From assembly GCA_963744145.1 (NCBI GenBank), contig CAVUSO010000001.1, positions 3,904,001-3,968,000 on the forward strand: a DNA stretch of 64,000 nt, written 5' to 3'. Positions 43,180-52,931 of the stretch are shown in pieces. The translations under genes and the position numbers were made by a program. Each line of letters begins with the position of its first letter. The first letter of the stretch is position 1. The notes beneath the pieces are model-generated. The model saw only the letters and a program-made list of their open reading frames with translations. It was not told the DNA's origin and did no database searches. This stretch comes from an uncultured cyanobacterium (GTDB lineage Bacteria > Cyanobacteriota > Cyanobacteriia > Cyanobacteriales > CAWUOF01).

Positions 43180-45369
43180 TTAGCGTATTCTCACAAAACC
43201 AGCTTTTTCAATTAACTTTTGTCCCTGAGCTGTTAACAATAAATTAGCATAAGCTTCTCCTGCTTGTTGCTGAACCTCACCATTTTGTTTAACAATTACA
43301 AATAAGTTCCGGGTAAGTGGGTATTTACCATTTTCAAATGCCGTCACATTAATTTCATTATGGTGTTGCTCAGAACATTCGGAAGGAGGTATGAACGGTT
43401 CTTTATAAGGAGCAACCGTTTCAACTTTTAAAGATTTAACTCTACATTGGGTCACTATTTCAGAAGCAGAATCATAATATATACCACCATTATCTTCCGC
43501 CACTTTTCTCACAGCTTCAGTAGCACTATTAACAAACTTAATCTGCAAGCCCAGAGTATTCTCGTTTATCTTTGACAGCAAAAACTTTGTCGAACTTGGA
43601 CCAGGAAGAGAGTAAGCGGTAATTTTTTGGTCCTGACCGCCTAATTTTTTCCAGTTGGTAATTTTGCCAGTATAAATATCTTTAATCTGAGCTAAAGTTA
43701 AACCAGTAATATTTAAATTCGGGTTAACTATAAACGCTATTCCCTCAATAGCTATCGGGATTTCTTTGAGGGAAAGTCTCTTTTTTTCAGCAGGTTTTTT
43801 GTCGTCATCATCCACAGGGTAAGAAGACTGAAAAAATGCTAAATCCTTATTATCTAAAAGCATTTGAATCCCATCAGTTGATTCAGGAGGGGGAGTTTTA
43901 GCTGATGGAAAAGGCAACAATCCAAACTGAGGCCATACCTTTTTAATTTCAGTATTTACAACGTAATTAATTCGTACCCAATCGGCACTTCCTGCATAAT
44001 AAAATGTTGCGGAGGGAACATTGCGCACTTTCTGAAAAGTATCAGGCGGCATATGCCACCACCAGTAAGCGAATCCTAACACTGCTAGAATTAATAAAAA
44101 TAAGATTACTGGAATTTTAATTATCTTTCTCCGAAACTTGTTAATACGTCGAAATAGAGTTTTAATCCTCTCACAAATAAGTGTTTGGCGAGGAGGTGGG
44201 TCAGGAACTTCAGGTTCGGGAATTGGGGGTGGATCTCCCCCTGGAGCGATTGGGGGTCCTGGTATTTTTGCTTCAATTCGCCGTAAATTTTCCCAAGTGG
44301 GGGGTATAATAGCAGGATTTTGGTGGATAACAGGCAACCAAGACGCACAGGGAAAATCGTTTTCTATTCTATCATGTAACATTTGTCGCGCTTCTCTAAA
44401 AGCAAGATATAAAGATTCACCATTAGAAAACGAACTTAAAAAAGATTTCAAGAATGTTTTAGCAACTAAATCGGGAACTGGTTCCCGCATGACAATAATC
44501 TGAGGAATCTGTAACCCGGCTAAATATCTCGCAAGTCCCAACCCATCGCAGGAATTGAAAATCGCCAGTTGCAACCCTCGTTCAATCGCCTTTTGTAAAG
44601 CGAACCTTAAACGTGATATTAGCAATCTTTCTGTAGGATTGATATGAATTTCCCCAGTAGTCGCATCCGATTGACTACTACTATGTCCGGCAAAAAATAA
44701 AATATCCCATCCGTTGTTATCCCGAAGTTGATCGATAAATTCATCTGGGGTTGGTTCCACCCGAAAAACCGTTTCAGCATCGGGTAACTTCTCCAAAATC
44801 TGCCTGTCTGCCTCAATGTCAATCGGGATACCAGTTTGAGGGTCAGATCGATCGCCTAAAATAGCCAATATCCTCACCTTCGCTCTGGGTTGCACTTGAT
44901 AATCAATCTGCCCAAATTCAGGCAAAGAAAGAGCTACTTCTGCGTTACCGTAACTGTCAAATAAATTCCACAAACACCAAGGTAGTCGCCGCAATTTGGT
45001 ATCTTCCGTCTGAATAATCACCCTGACCGTTTCATTTATGTTTAAATTTTGCTGAAACGCATTTGTAATTCGGCGAAATGTCCCCGAATCGAGCCAGTCA
45101 TTTAACTCTTTTTTTAAACGATCACTGCTATCTCTTAAATTCTCATCTGAAACGTTTGTGACTTGCTCTGGTGGTGCTGTCAGTCTTCCTCGCACAAATG
45201 TGCGATATTCTGATTGCCATTTTTCATAAAATGAATCAATCAGATGGGGAGATAGTTCACCACTACGGGATATGTGGGAGGAATAGCCCTCTTCCGAAAT
45301 GTACAATGTCACCGGAAACCCTAGTTCAAAGCTACCTTGCCCAATTTTGATAACTACTAACTTTCCCAT
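43180..45369 (-). CDS. CHAT protease - Pro-rich linker - TM - PstS-like periplasmic binding domain
   Basis: FFAGHS and FNSCDG dyad; TM IPVILFLLILAVLGFAYWWW; PBP motifs IKDIYTGKITNW and YPLTRNLFVIV. Confidence 0.87.
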   Translation of the reverse strand: MGKLVVIKIGQGSFELGFPVTLYISEEGYSSHISRSGELSPHLIDSFYEKWQSEYRTFVRGRLTAPPEQVTNVSDENLRDSSDRLKKELNDWLDSGTFRRITNAFQQNLNINETVRVIIQTEDTKLRRLPWCLWNLFDSYGNAEVALSLPEFGQIDYQVQPRAKVRILAILGDRSDPQTGIPIDIEADRQILEKLPDAETVFRVEPTPDEFIDQLRDNNGWDILFFAGHSSSQSDATTGEIHINPTERLLISRLRFALQKAIERGLQLAIFNSCDGLGLARYLAGLQIPQIIVMREPVPDLVAKTFLKSFLSSFSNGESLYLAFREARQMLHDRIENDFPCASWLPVIHQNPAIIPPTWENLRRIEAKIPGPPIAPGGDPPPIPEPEVPDPPPRQTLICERIKTLFRRINKFRRKIIKIPVILFLLILAVLGFAYWWWHMPPDTFQKVRNVPSATFYYAGSADWVRINYVVNTEIKKVWPQFGLLPFPSAKTPPPESTDGIQMLLDNKDLAFFQSSYPVDDDDKKPAEKKRLSLKEIPIAIEGIAFIVNPNLNITGLTLAQIKDIYTGKITNWKKLGGQDQKITAYSLPGPSSTKFLLSKINENTLGLQIKFVNSATEAVRKVAEDNGGIYYDSASEIVTQCRVKSLKVETVAPYKEPFIPPSECSEQHHNEINVTAFENGKYPLTRNLFVIVKQNGEVQQQAGEAYANLLLTAQGQKLIEKAGFVRIR

Positions 45370-45686
45370 AGCTGGTATTTTGTAATCGCTGATACCCAAA
45401 AAAGGGCGGTTAGATAAAATCCGGTGGCATCATAATTATAGCGTGGGGCGATCCGGAAAGCCCGCTATCCCTACAGAATCGCGGCATTTCCAGCCCGCAC
45501 CACAAAATACATAATTCCCATATACTCGGAAATAGTATTATTCCATATTCCGAGAATTTCTCCTAGATTTCTACCATAGAATATAATTATAGTAGAAAGC
45601 TCCAGCGGAAAGAAAAACTTCCCCTGGGCGCTGGGCGCTCGCGGGTAAACCAGATGGTGTACGTTACCAAATAAAGGAGGTTAACG

Positions 45687-47192
45687 GTGACAAAACTTGG
45701 AAATTTGCGATTACCAGTTTTCCGACGAGATGTTTTCATATTTGCTGTATTAGGGTTACTAGCACTGATCCTATTTAGCTGTTCCTCTCAATCCAATTCA
45801 GTAACGCTTTCAGGGGGTTTTCAAGATGGGTTCTACAGTCTTCTGAGCGAACAAGTACGTGATTCTGGGAAAGAAGTCGTTAATATGACAGTCAATATTG
45901 ACAAATCACAGGGATCGCAAGACAATCTGCAACGGTTAAATAATAATCAAGCTGAATTTGCATTAGTCCAGTTGGATGTTGCTAGTAAAGCAATGAAAGA
46001 CAATAAAGTCCAAGCAATGGTAGTTTTAGCAAAAGAATACGTCTATGTAATTGTTCAGAACAATTCAGGTATTAAAACCTTCACAGATTTAGAGGGTAAA
46101 CGAGTTGCAGTAGGTCCTGATAATAGTGGTATTTCTTTTACAGCTAATAATTTATTTGAAGCAGCTCAGTTAAATATTATTCGTGATAAGGCTGAGTTTG
46201 ATGATGCTTTAAAAAAATTGAAGAAAGGACTAGTTGATGCGGTAGTTTATGTTGGTATTTTGGGAAAAAAAATAAAAGATAAATTTGACACAATTCCTGG
46301 ATGGCAGTTATTAGCAATACCACCTAATTTGGTTAACTATCTTGTTACTGTAAATCCTGGTGATTATCAACCTGCTGTTATTCCCGTTGGGAGCTATAAA
46401 AATAATCCAACAATTCCTGCTGAAGATATGTCTACCTTATCGACAGCAACGGTTTTAGTAACTCGATCTCATGATAATACTAATTCTCAAAAAGTAGCTT
46501 TGCTTACTTGGTCAGTTCTATCAACTGCTCGTCAGTATTCTCAATTTTATCCAGAATTAGCAACGGGAGATGCAAAAGTTTTGTTAGAGCGGGGTTTGTT
46601 TTATGTACATCCTAGCACTCAGACGGTTTTTAATCAAGGAGATCCGCGATCTCCTTGGATATACTATTTACAACAGGAAAATCAGCCCTTACAAGGAGGG
46701 GTAATTATATTGACTCTGACGAGTTTAATTGGATATTTAATTCATCGTTGGCAAAAACAACAGTCAGAAAAGCTACTCAAAGCAACTCGCAAAGCTGTTA
46801 GTGAGTGGCGATCGCTAATCCAACAAGATGCAGGACAAGTTTTAACAAATATTGAACAATTGCGTCAGCAACATCGCATGATGCTTCTGGATGGTGCTAT
46901 TACTCCTGAAATTTATGATCGTGCAGGACGGATGACTCAAGCTTTGGCAGATCAGTGTCGAATTTTGCAACAGCAACAACACCAAGAATTGCTTCAAAAA
47001 ATGTTGCTTCTAATTGATGAATGGCAAAACATATTATATTCTCAACCAGAAGCAGCTTTGGAAAAAATTCAGGCAGCTCAAGAAAATTATCGTGAACTGC
47101 TTTTATCTGACCAAATTGATATCCAAACCTATCTTCAGCTCAAGCAAATGATTCTGATTTCTTTGATTAAGTTTAACCTGAGTTCGGGATAA
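45687..47192 (+). CDS. TAXI-family solute-binding protein with TM and cytoplasmic helical tail; 3' end runs into the IS982 relic
   Basis: Lipobox-like LFSC, SQGSQDNL, FALVQLD, DLEGKRVAVG; last codons NLSSG* are IS sequence. Confidence 0.8.
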   Translation: MTKLGNLRLPVFRRDVFIFAVLGLLALILFSCSSQSNSVTLSGGFQDGFYSLLSEQVRDSGKEVVNMTVNIDKSQGSQDNLQRLNNNQAEFALVQLDVASKAMKDNKVQAMVVLAKEYVYVIVQNNSGIKTFTDLEGKRVAVGPDNSGISFTANNLFEAAQLNIIRDKAEFDDALKKLKKGLVDAVVYVGILGKKIKDKFDTIPGWQLLAIPPNLVNYLVTVNPGDYQPAVIPVGSYKNNPTIPAEDMSTLSTATVLVTRSHDNTNSQKVALLTWSVLSTARQYSQFYPELATGDAKVLLERGLFYVHPSTQTVFNQGDPRSPWIYYLQQENQPLQGGVIILTLTSLIGYLIHRWQKQQSEKLLKATRKAVSEWRSLIQQDAGQVLTNIEQLRQQHRMMLLDGAITPEIYDRAGRMTQALADQCRILQQQQHQELLQKMLLLIDEWQNILYSQPEAALEKIQAAQENYRELLLSDQIDIQTYLQLKQMILISLIKFNLSSG

Positions 47193-47868
47193 GGAAGGGA
47201 CAAGCAAGTAAGCTAGAAGTCATCACACCATCGAATGGATGCCCTCCACCAGACAAGCCTTTGAGCATCTATCGGCACAGTTGTTTTGGCAAATGTACAG
47301 GGGTGTCGGTCATGGACTCCACCAAGATTCAGGTGTGTCACAACCGAAGGATTAAAAAGCACAAGGTCTTCAAGGATATCGGACAACGAGGCAAGACTTC
47401 TGTGGATTGGTTTTTCGGGTTTAAGCTCCATCTGGTTTGTAATGAGCTTGGGGAACTGCTGAATATCGCTGTGACTCCGGGGAATACAGATGACCGGAAA
47501 CCTGTGCTGAATCTGCTCCAAGGCTTGTCTGGTAAGGTGATAGCTGACCGAGGCTAAATCTCCCAAAAGTTGTTTGAGCAACTGTTAACCCAGATGGGGA
47601 TTCAACTGATTACCAAGCCGAAACGGAATATGAAAAATAAGCTGATGCCACTGATGGATCAGCTACTGACACGCCAACGCTCAATCATTGAGACAATTAT
47701 TGACCAACTGAAAAACATCTCTCAGATTGAGCATTCCAGGAATCGCATTCCAGTGAACTTTTTGGTGAATTTGGTCGGTGGGCTGATTGCCTATTGCCAT
47801 CAGCCGAAGAAGCCTTCTCTCAATATCAATGCCTTTTTCCTCCCTTCGGCTTAACCCGAACTCAGGTT
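47175..47868 (+). mobile_element. IS982-family relic (694 bp, internally deleted, transposase with a premature stop)
   Basis: IRs aacctgagttcgggataag and cttaacccgaactcaggtt; MDSTKIQVC, WFFGFKLH, DRG then TAA (47555-47557), then RSIIETI...IEHSR. The transposase N-terminal half is absent. Confidence 0.88.
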
Positions 47869-48170
47869 TTATTAAGTTGCTTATTTTCTTTCAATAGAGG
47901 CTCATAACAATTGTAAGCTTCAGCATCAAAATTAATTACCCTAACCTCCTTAAAATATTCCAAATTTGTCCATAATTTGGTGTAAAGTCTCAATAAATCT
48001 GTGGATTCAGAAGCACTGTTAATTTTAACAATCCATCCGTTAAAAATTTCCTGAACTGTAACAACTGTAATAGCTAAATTTGGCAAGACTCGATCTACCC
48101 GAGAACTTACAACCTTGTTTCCTTGGAGTAGGTGTGAAACATGATCTGTATCAAGTATCCAAATTGTCAT
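47862..48170 (-). pseudogene. VapC-type PIN toxin truncated by IS982
   Basis: MTIWILDTDHVS...VTVQE; the stop lies within the IS IR and the C-terminal PIN acidic motifs are missing. Confidence 0.78.
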
Positions 48171-48199
48171 TATTTCTCTGATTATCAATAGTTCTCTAA

Positions 48200-48556
48200 C
48201 TAAACTTCTGTAATTTCATCATCGTTAGCTAAACGCTCTTTTCTAAGACTTTCTGCAATCTCATTGAAGTCGGGATCGTCTTGAAAAACGCCTGCAAATT
48301 TTACCCAAGGATTCTCCGGTTTTTGAGCGGTTTGCCATTCAATTTCTACTGGAATAATCTCTAGTTTTTCCAAAGAAATATGTAAGATTTCGTTCAATTT
48401 TTCGATCGCTTCTTCTTGTGTTGAAGCTTCTACTTGGTAGTTAGGAAGTTCCAGAAAAGATGCGCTTATTTTTGTTTCATTAGAGCGATCGAGCAAAATA
48501 TGAAACTTCAGGGGAATTGACGAAGATATTTTTCCTGTTGACACTTTGCTAATCAT
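48200..48556 (-). CDS. HicB-like putative antitoxin
   Basis: ASFLELP..VEASTQEEAI; ENPWVKFAGVFQDDPDF; directly upstream of the PIN gene. Confidence 0.7.
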   Translation of the reverse strand: MISKVSTGKISSSIPLKFHILLDRSNETKISASFLELPNYQVEASTQEEAIEKLNEILHISLEKLEIIPVEIEWQTAQKPENPWVKFAGVFQDDPDFNEIAESLRKERLANDDEITEV

Positions 48557-48575
48557 AAAGTCCTCATTTACTTGA

Positions 48576-48938
48576 TTAAATTTTTGGTAAATAAACGATC
48601 TGATCTTGATACTCATTGTCAAAAGAGGCTTCAGCAATAAAAATTAGTTGATTGATATTTTCACCAATACTAAGTTTAGGACCCAAAATAAAAATTCCTG
48701 GGACATGACCCCCACATTCAATATGTTCAGCCAAGTAAACTGGCATTGATTTACGATTGTTTGTCACTAAGACAAAATTGTGTTCTTCACACCAGCACAA
48801 AATCTCTGGGTCTAAAGTGCTTAAAGGAGGTACATTAGGTTCGCCTATTTTCCAGACAACAAAATTAGGATTGTTTTCGATTAATTGTCTTTTATAAATC
48901 GGGTCTAAATTTTCATCAAGCAAGTATTTTAGACTCAT
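48576..48938 (-). CDS. DUF5615 PIN-like toxin (VapC45-like)
   Basis: LKYLLDEN, DPEILCWC, LVTNNRKSM and H.PGI motifs. Confidence 0.82.
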   Translation of the reverse strand: MSLKYLLDENLDPIYKRQLIENNPNFVVWKIGEPNVPPLSTLDPEILCWCEEHNFVLVTNNRKSMPVYLAEHIECGGHVPGIFILGPKLSIGENINQLIFIAEASFDNEYQDQIVYLPKI

Positions 48939-49266
48939 TGGCTTTCTGTTGAGATTCTAATTCAGCTTTAAGCTTTCTGAGTCGAATAATTCCTGGTGGG
49001 GGATTTAGTTCTTGAGCTTTCCATTGTTGGTGACTCCATTCTAACCAATCAGCTAGATAGGCGCTAACGGCTTCTTTGTTATGTAAATAATAAGTGATAG
49101 TTGCATAAATTTGTTCCAAAGTTAAAGAAGGATAAGATTGGAGAATTTGCTCGGGAGTGCGGGCGCGATGGATAAAATCATAAAGGATGGTTTCAATGCC
49201 AATCCGTGTCCCTTTTACCCGAATGTCATCTGGGCGTAAAAAGTTGAAGTAGTCTTCTAGTTGCAT
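48916..49266 (-). CDS. DUF433 antitoxin (VapB45-like)
   Basis: IRVKGTRIGIE and YPSLTLEQIYATITYY motifs. Confidence 0.85.
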   Translation of the reverse strand: MQLEDYFNFLRPDDIRVKGTRIGIETILYDFIHRARTPEQILQSYPSLTLEQIYATITYYLHNKEAVSAYLADWLEWSHQQWKAQELNPPPGIIRLRKLKAELESQQKANESKILA

Positions 49267-49482
49267 GAGAGCTAACTCCTGTTAATTTTTAGCACTCGAT
49301 CGTGTTTAAGTTGGGTCAATCCAACTTTGCCTCGTCCTTAACAAATTATCCTGACTGGGGGGAAACCCGCGCAGAGGCGCTTCGAGGGGTTCGTCGGTGA
49401 TCCAGAGGATGTGCAAACCCATTTTAGCATCGGCGATCGCTACTTCCACCGCTTTGCTAACGACATTTTTTTACATTTGACT

Positions 49483-49758
49483 TCAATTAATTACAACTGT
49501 TTTTGGACTCGCTTTGGCTAACTCTACAGAATTTACTAATGTTGTAAATTGTGTGGGATTAAGAATGAAATTTTCATCCTCAAATCCCCCTACCAATTTG
49601 TCGTTAGGAATATCTAGATTCACTGCATATAATTCTGGATTTTCGTAGCATTCGACGATTGAGCCTGACGTACCTTTGGGAATAATGCGATCGCGGCGAT
49701 CGAAATCAGCATTAATATCAACTAAAGTTTGAATGGTGTCGTAAAGTTGGGCTTACAT
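49483..49758 (-). pseudogene. DUF4926-like gene with a stop at codon 2
   Basis: ATG TAA then open frame AQLYDTIQTLVDI...IPKGTSGSIVECYENPELYAV...ENFILNPTQF to TGA; absent from the ORF track. Confidence 0.55.
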
Positions 49759-49809
49759 GTTTGACCTTCTCTAGTTATCGGTCTACTTCTAACCATTTAA
49801 GAGATGCTA

Positions 49810-51702
49810 TTAACTTAAGATTCTTTTTAGACCTTCCCATGCCTGTTTCCATTTACCTTCTTGTAGCGATTTTGCGAGTTGAATATAACCTACCCTTCGA
49901 GCTTTATTAAGAAATTCTTGCCAAGTGGGGGGTATAATAGCAGGATTTTGGTAGATAACAGGCAACCAAGACGCACAGGGAAAATTGTTTTCTATTACCT
50001 GTAACCTTTCCCGCGCTTTTCTAACAGCAAGATATAAAGATTCACCACTAGAAAAGGAATTCAAGAAATATTCTAAGAAGTCTTGAGCAACTAAATCCGG
50101 TACTGTTTCCCGCATGACAATAAGCTGAGGAATTTGTGACTCGGCTAAATATCTCGCAATTTCTAACCCATCGCAGGAATTAAAAATCGCTAATTGCAAT
50201 CCTCGTTCAATCGCATTTTGTAGAGCATATTTTAATTCAGGAATCGTCAAACTTTCCCTAGCATTGATATACATTTTCCCAGTAGTCGCATCCGATTGAC
50301 TACTAATATTATGTCCGTCAAACAATAAAATATCCCATCCGTTGTTATCCCGAAGTTTATCGATAAATTCATCTCGGTTTGGTTCCACCAGAAAAACCGT
50401 TTCAGCATCGCGTAAACTCTCCAAAATCCGCATGTATGCGTCAATGTCAATCAGGATACCAGTCTGAGGGTAAGATAGAGCGCGTAAAATCAATATCCTC
50501 ACCTTCGCTCTGGGTTGCACTAGCGGCTCAACCCTGTTAAATTCAGGCAAAGAAAGAGCTACTTCTGCCTTACGGTAAATGTCAAATAAATCCCACAAAT
50601 GCCAAGGTAGTCGCTGCAATCTTGGATCTTCCGTCTGAATAATCACCCTTACCGTTTCATTTGTGTTTAAATAGTGCTTAAACTTATCTGTAATTGGGCG
50701 AAATGTCTCCGAATTGAGCCATTTATTTAACTCTTGTTGTAAAAGATTACTGCTTTCTATTAAATCACGATATGAAACGTTTTTGACTTGTTCTCGTGCT
50801 GCGGTCAGTCTTCCTGAAACGCTCTTGACTTGTTCTGGTGCTGCGGTCAGTCTTCCTGACACATTTATGCGATATGTTGACTGCCATTTTTCATAAAATG
50901 AATCAATCTGAGAGGGAGGTAGTCTACCATCACGGGCTGTGTGGTAGTGATGGCCCTCTTTCCCAATGTACAATGTCACCGGAAACCCTAGTTCAAAGCT
51001 ACCTTCCCCAATTTTGATAACTACTAACTTTCCCATAGCTGGTATTTTGTAATCGCTGATATCCCTCTCTCCTAATTCCGGGCTAACTTCAGGATCAGCA
51101 ATCGCTGGGCCACTCGGTTGAATATCCCCTATCTTACGCGCATAAACCAATAGCGGCTTAAATTCAGCCAGAGGTTCTACAAAAGTTTCTATCAATGACA
51201 CTAACCGCATTTGTTCTGACTTATCTTTATAAGTCCGTTCGAGCGCCGATCGTAACTCCTGTGCAGCCTCATTCGGTCTTAGATAAGCCAAAGCAGTCCA
51301 CCGCTGCGCCTGAGCAAAATCTCGCACTTCCTGGTCATTACTCTGAAGTTGCTGCCGCACATAAACTAACAAAAAATCCGACAATTCATTAATCCGAAGC
51401 TGCCCAAAATTCTCATCCTCTTTCAACCGATTCAATAGCGAATTTCGCACCGCCGTATCCATCTCATAAAGTTCTCGTCCCACCTCATCGCACAAACTCG
51501 AAAGCAGCAAATCTGCCACAGCAACCCAAGGAATTCCCAATACTTTCCCGTGAATATCCCGCTGGAAATTCGCCCACAATTTGTATAACAAATCCGGCGT
51601 TAACGCCAAAGGAAACGCACCGTGACACGCAAAAATTAAGTGCGTTCTTCCAAAACGCCTCTCAAAAGCTTCAATCCGTTTGCGGACCACTTCAGGTTTC
51701 AT
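49810..51702 (-). CDS. MoxR/vWA-associated helical domain fused to a CHAT protease
   Basis: N-terminal HGAFPLALTPDLLY..WANF...ELYEMD; CHAT with LFDGH and FNSCDG; start overlaps the vWA gene stop. Confidence 0.8.
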   Translation of the reverse strand: MKPEVVRKRIEAFERRFGRTHLIFACHGAFPLALTPDLLYKLWANFQRDIHGKVLGIPWVAVADLLLSSLCDEVGRELYEMDTAVRNSLLNRLKEDENFGQLRINELSDFLLVYVRQQLQSNDQEVRDFAQAQRWTALAYLRPNEAAQELRSALERTYKDKSEQMRLVSLIETFVEPLAEFKPLLVYARKIGDIQPSGPAIADPEVSPELGERDISDYKIPAMGKLVVIKIGEGSFELGFPVTLYIGKEGHHYHTARDGRLPPSQIDSFYEKWQSTYRINVSGRLTAAPEQVKSVSGRLTAAREQVKNVSYRDLIESSNLLQQELNKWLNSETFRPITDKFKHYLNTNETVRVIIQTEDPRLQRLPWHLWDLFDIYRKAEVALSLPEFNRVEPLVQPRAKVRILILRALSYPQTGILIDIDAYMRILESLRDAETVFLVEPNRDEFIDKLRDNNGWDILLFDGHNISSQSDATTGKMYINARESLTIPELKYALQNAIERGLQLAIFNSCDGLEIARYLAESQIPQLIVMRETVPDLVAQDFLEYFLNSFSSGESLYLAVRKARERLQVIENNFPCASWLPVIYQNPAIIPPTWQEFLNKARRVGYIQLAKSLQEGKWKQAWEGLKRILS

Positions 51703-52931
51703 TTCATCCCCCTCAACTCAGTTCCAACAAAAACCGAATTCTGACTCTTGCCCCGCAACACTGCGATCGCATCCTGCAACCCCCGCCGCGCCATCTCAAA
51801 CATCGGCACTAAACGCGCCACCTCACCCGCAGTCCCCTGCCAGCGGGACTCTGGCATCGGATTTAGCCAAGCTACATACCGCACTTTCGCCTTAATCTGC
51901 TGGAGAAACGCCGCCGTCAATTCCACCCTTTCCTTACTGTAACCCCCGCGAGCCGCCCCAGCATCGCTAAAAATTAACATAACAGACATCTGATGCCGCA
52001 ATTTAGCCAGTAAGTCCTCAATTTTCTCGGCTTCCAAATGATAGGGGTCATGGTATAAATAATCCACCGGACAATTGTGAAAATAATAAATGCCAGCATT
52101 ACCCAAACGCCCACCTCGCACCGCTGTTTCTGCTAACCGCTGTGATAAATCGTGAAACGGAACCATCGAACCGTCGCGATCTATTAATAATAGCAATTCC
52201 GACCGATTCACCCGGCGCGGCATCAACACCGGATTTAATAAAATCCCCTGTTGCCCAATCTGATTAACTGTCGCTTCTACATCCAATTCTATAGGCGGCC
52301 CTTCCCGCACGAAACGGCGCAAATAACGCCAACTTTGCTTCATCTGTCGCTGCGTCACCGGAAAATATTCGGATGTCAGGATAAAATTACGCTCGGAAAT
52401 TTCCTCATATTTACTGGTAGCTTGCATCACTGCTTTTGCAGCTTGCACTTCATCTGCCATTATCTCTGTTAATTCAGGAGGTGGAGGAGATACAATAGGT
52501 TCTCTTATTGGCTCAATTACTTCTGGTTCTGTTTTAATTATACTAGGATTTTCGGCGTTGCTGATCCAGGGAATGAATCGACGGCTGAAAGCGGTGAAAA
52601 TTCCTCTGAAAAATTGGGAAATCATCCTGCCATTATGCAACGCCGGATTTTCTGTTGCCGGCTCAGAAATCTCTGGTTGTTCTGGAATTGCTGGTACTTC
52701 CTCCTGACTTTCTTTAACCACAAGATTGAAGTGATAGTCTAACAGACGTTTATCCTCAGTAGATTTTACCCATAAAGTTTTGCACAAGCGGTATAAGGAA
52801 TCGCGATCGCTTGCCCCAAATCCCTTTTGCAAAGCTTCTAATAAAAGCTTATATTCACCAATCCCAAGCGGAAACCCTGCCTCTCGCAGTTGACTAAAAA
52901 GCTCAATCAGGGGCAGTTCATCGACGATCAC
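51699..52931 (-). CDS. vWA (CoxE-like) protein of the MoxR system
   Basis: LDVEATV, MIDAS-like LLIDRDGSM, IFSDAG and AWLNP motifs. Confidence 0.85.
   Translation of the reverse strand: MIVDELPLIELFSQLREAGFPLGIGEYKLLLEALQKGFGASDRDSLYRLCKTLWVKSTEDKRLLDYHFNLVVKESQEEVPAIPEQPEISEPATENPALHNGRMISQFFRGIFTAFSRRFIPWISNAENPSIIKTEPEVIEPIREPIVSPPPPELTEIMADEVQAAKAVMQATSKYEEISERNFILTSEYFPVTQRQMKQSWRYLRRFVREGPPIELDVEATVNQIGQQGILLNPVLMPRRVNRSELLLLIDRDGSMVPFHDLSQRLAETAVRGGRLGNAGIYYFHNCPVDYLYHDPYHLEAEKIEDLLAKLRHQMSVMLIFSDAGAARGGYSKERVELTAAFLQQIKAKVRYVAWLNPMPESRWQGTAGEVARLVPMFEMARRGLQDAIAVLRGKSQNSVFVGTELRGMK

Noticed and set aside
49280..49480. GC-richer stretch between DUF433 and the DUF4926-like pseudogene
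   Set aside because: Looks like a gene remnant, but I cannot assign a frame or family.
44293..51061. Duplicated CHAT segments as a DGR template/variable pair
   Set aside because: About 1.1 kb long, both coding, differences not confined to adenines, and no reverse transcriptase in the window.
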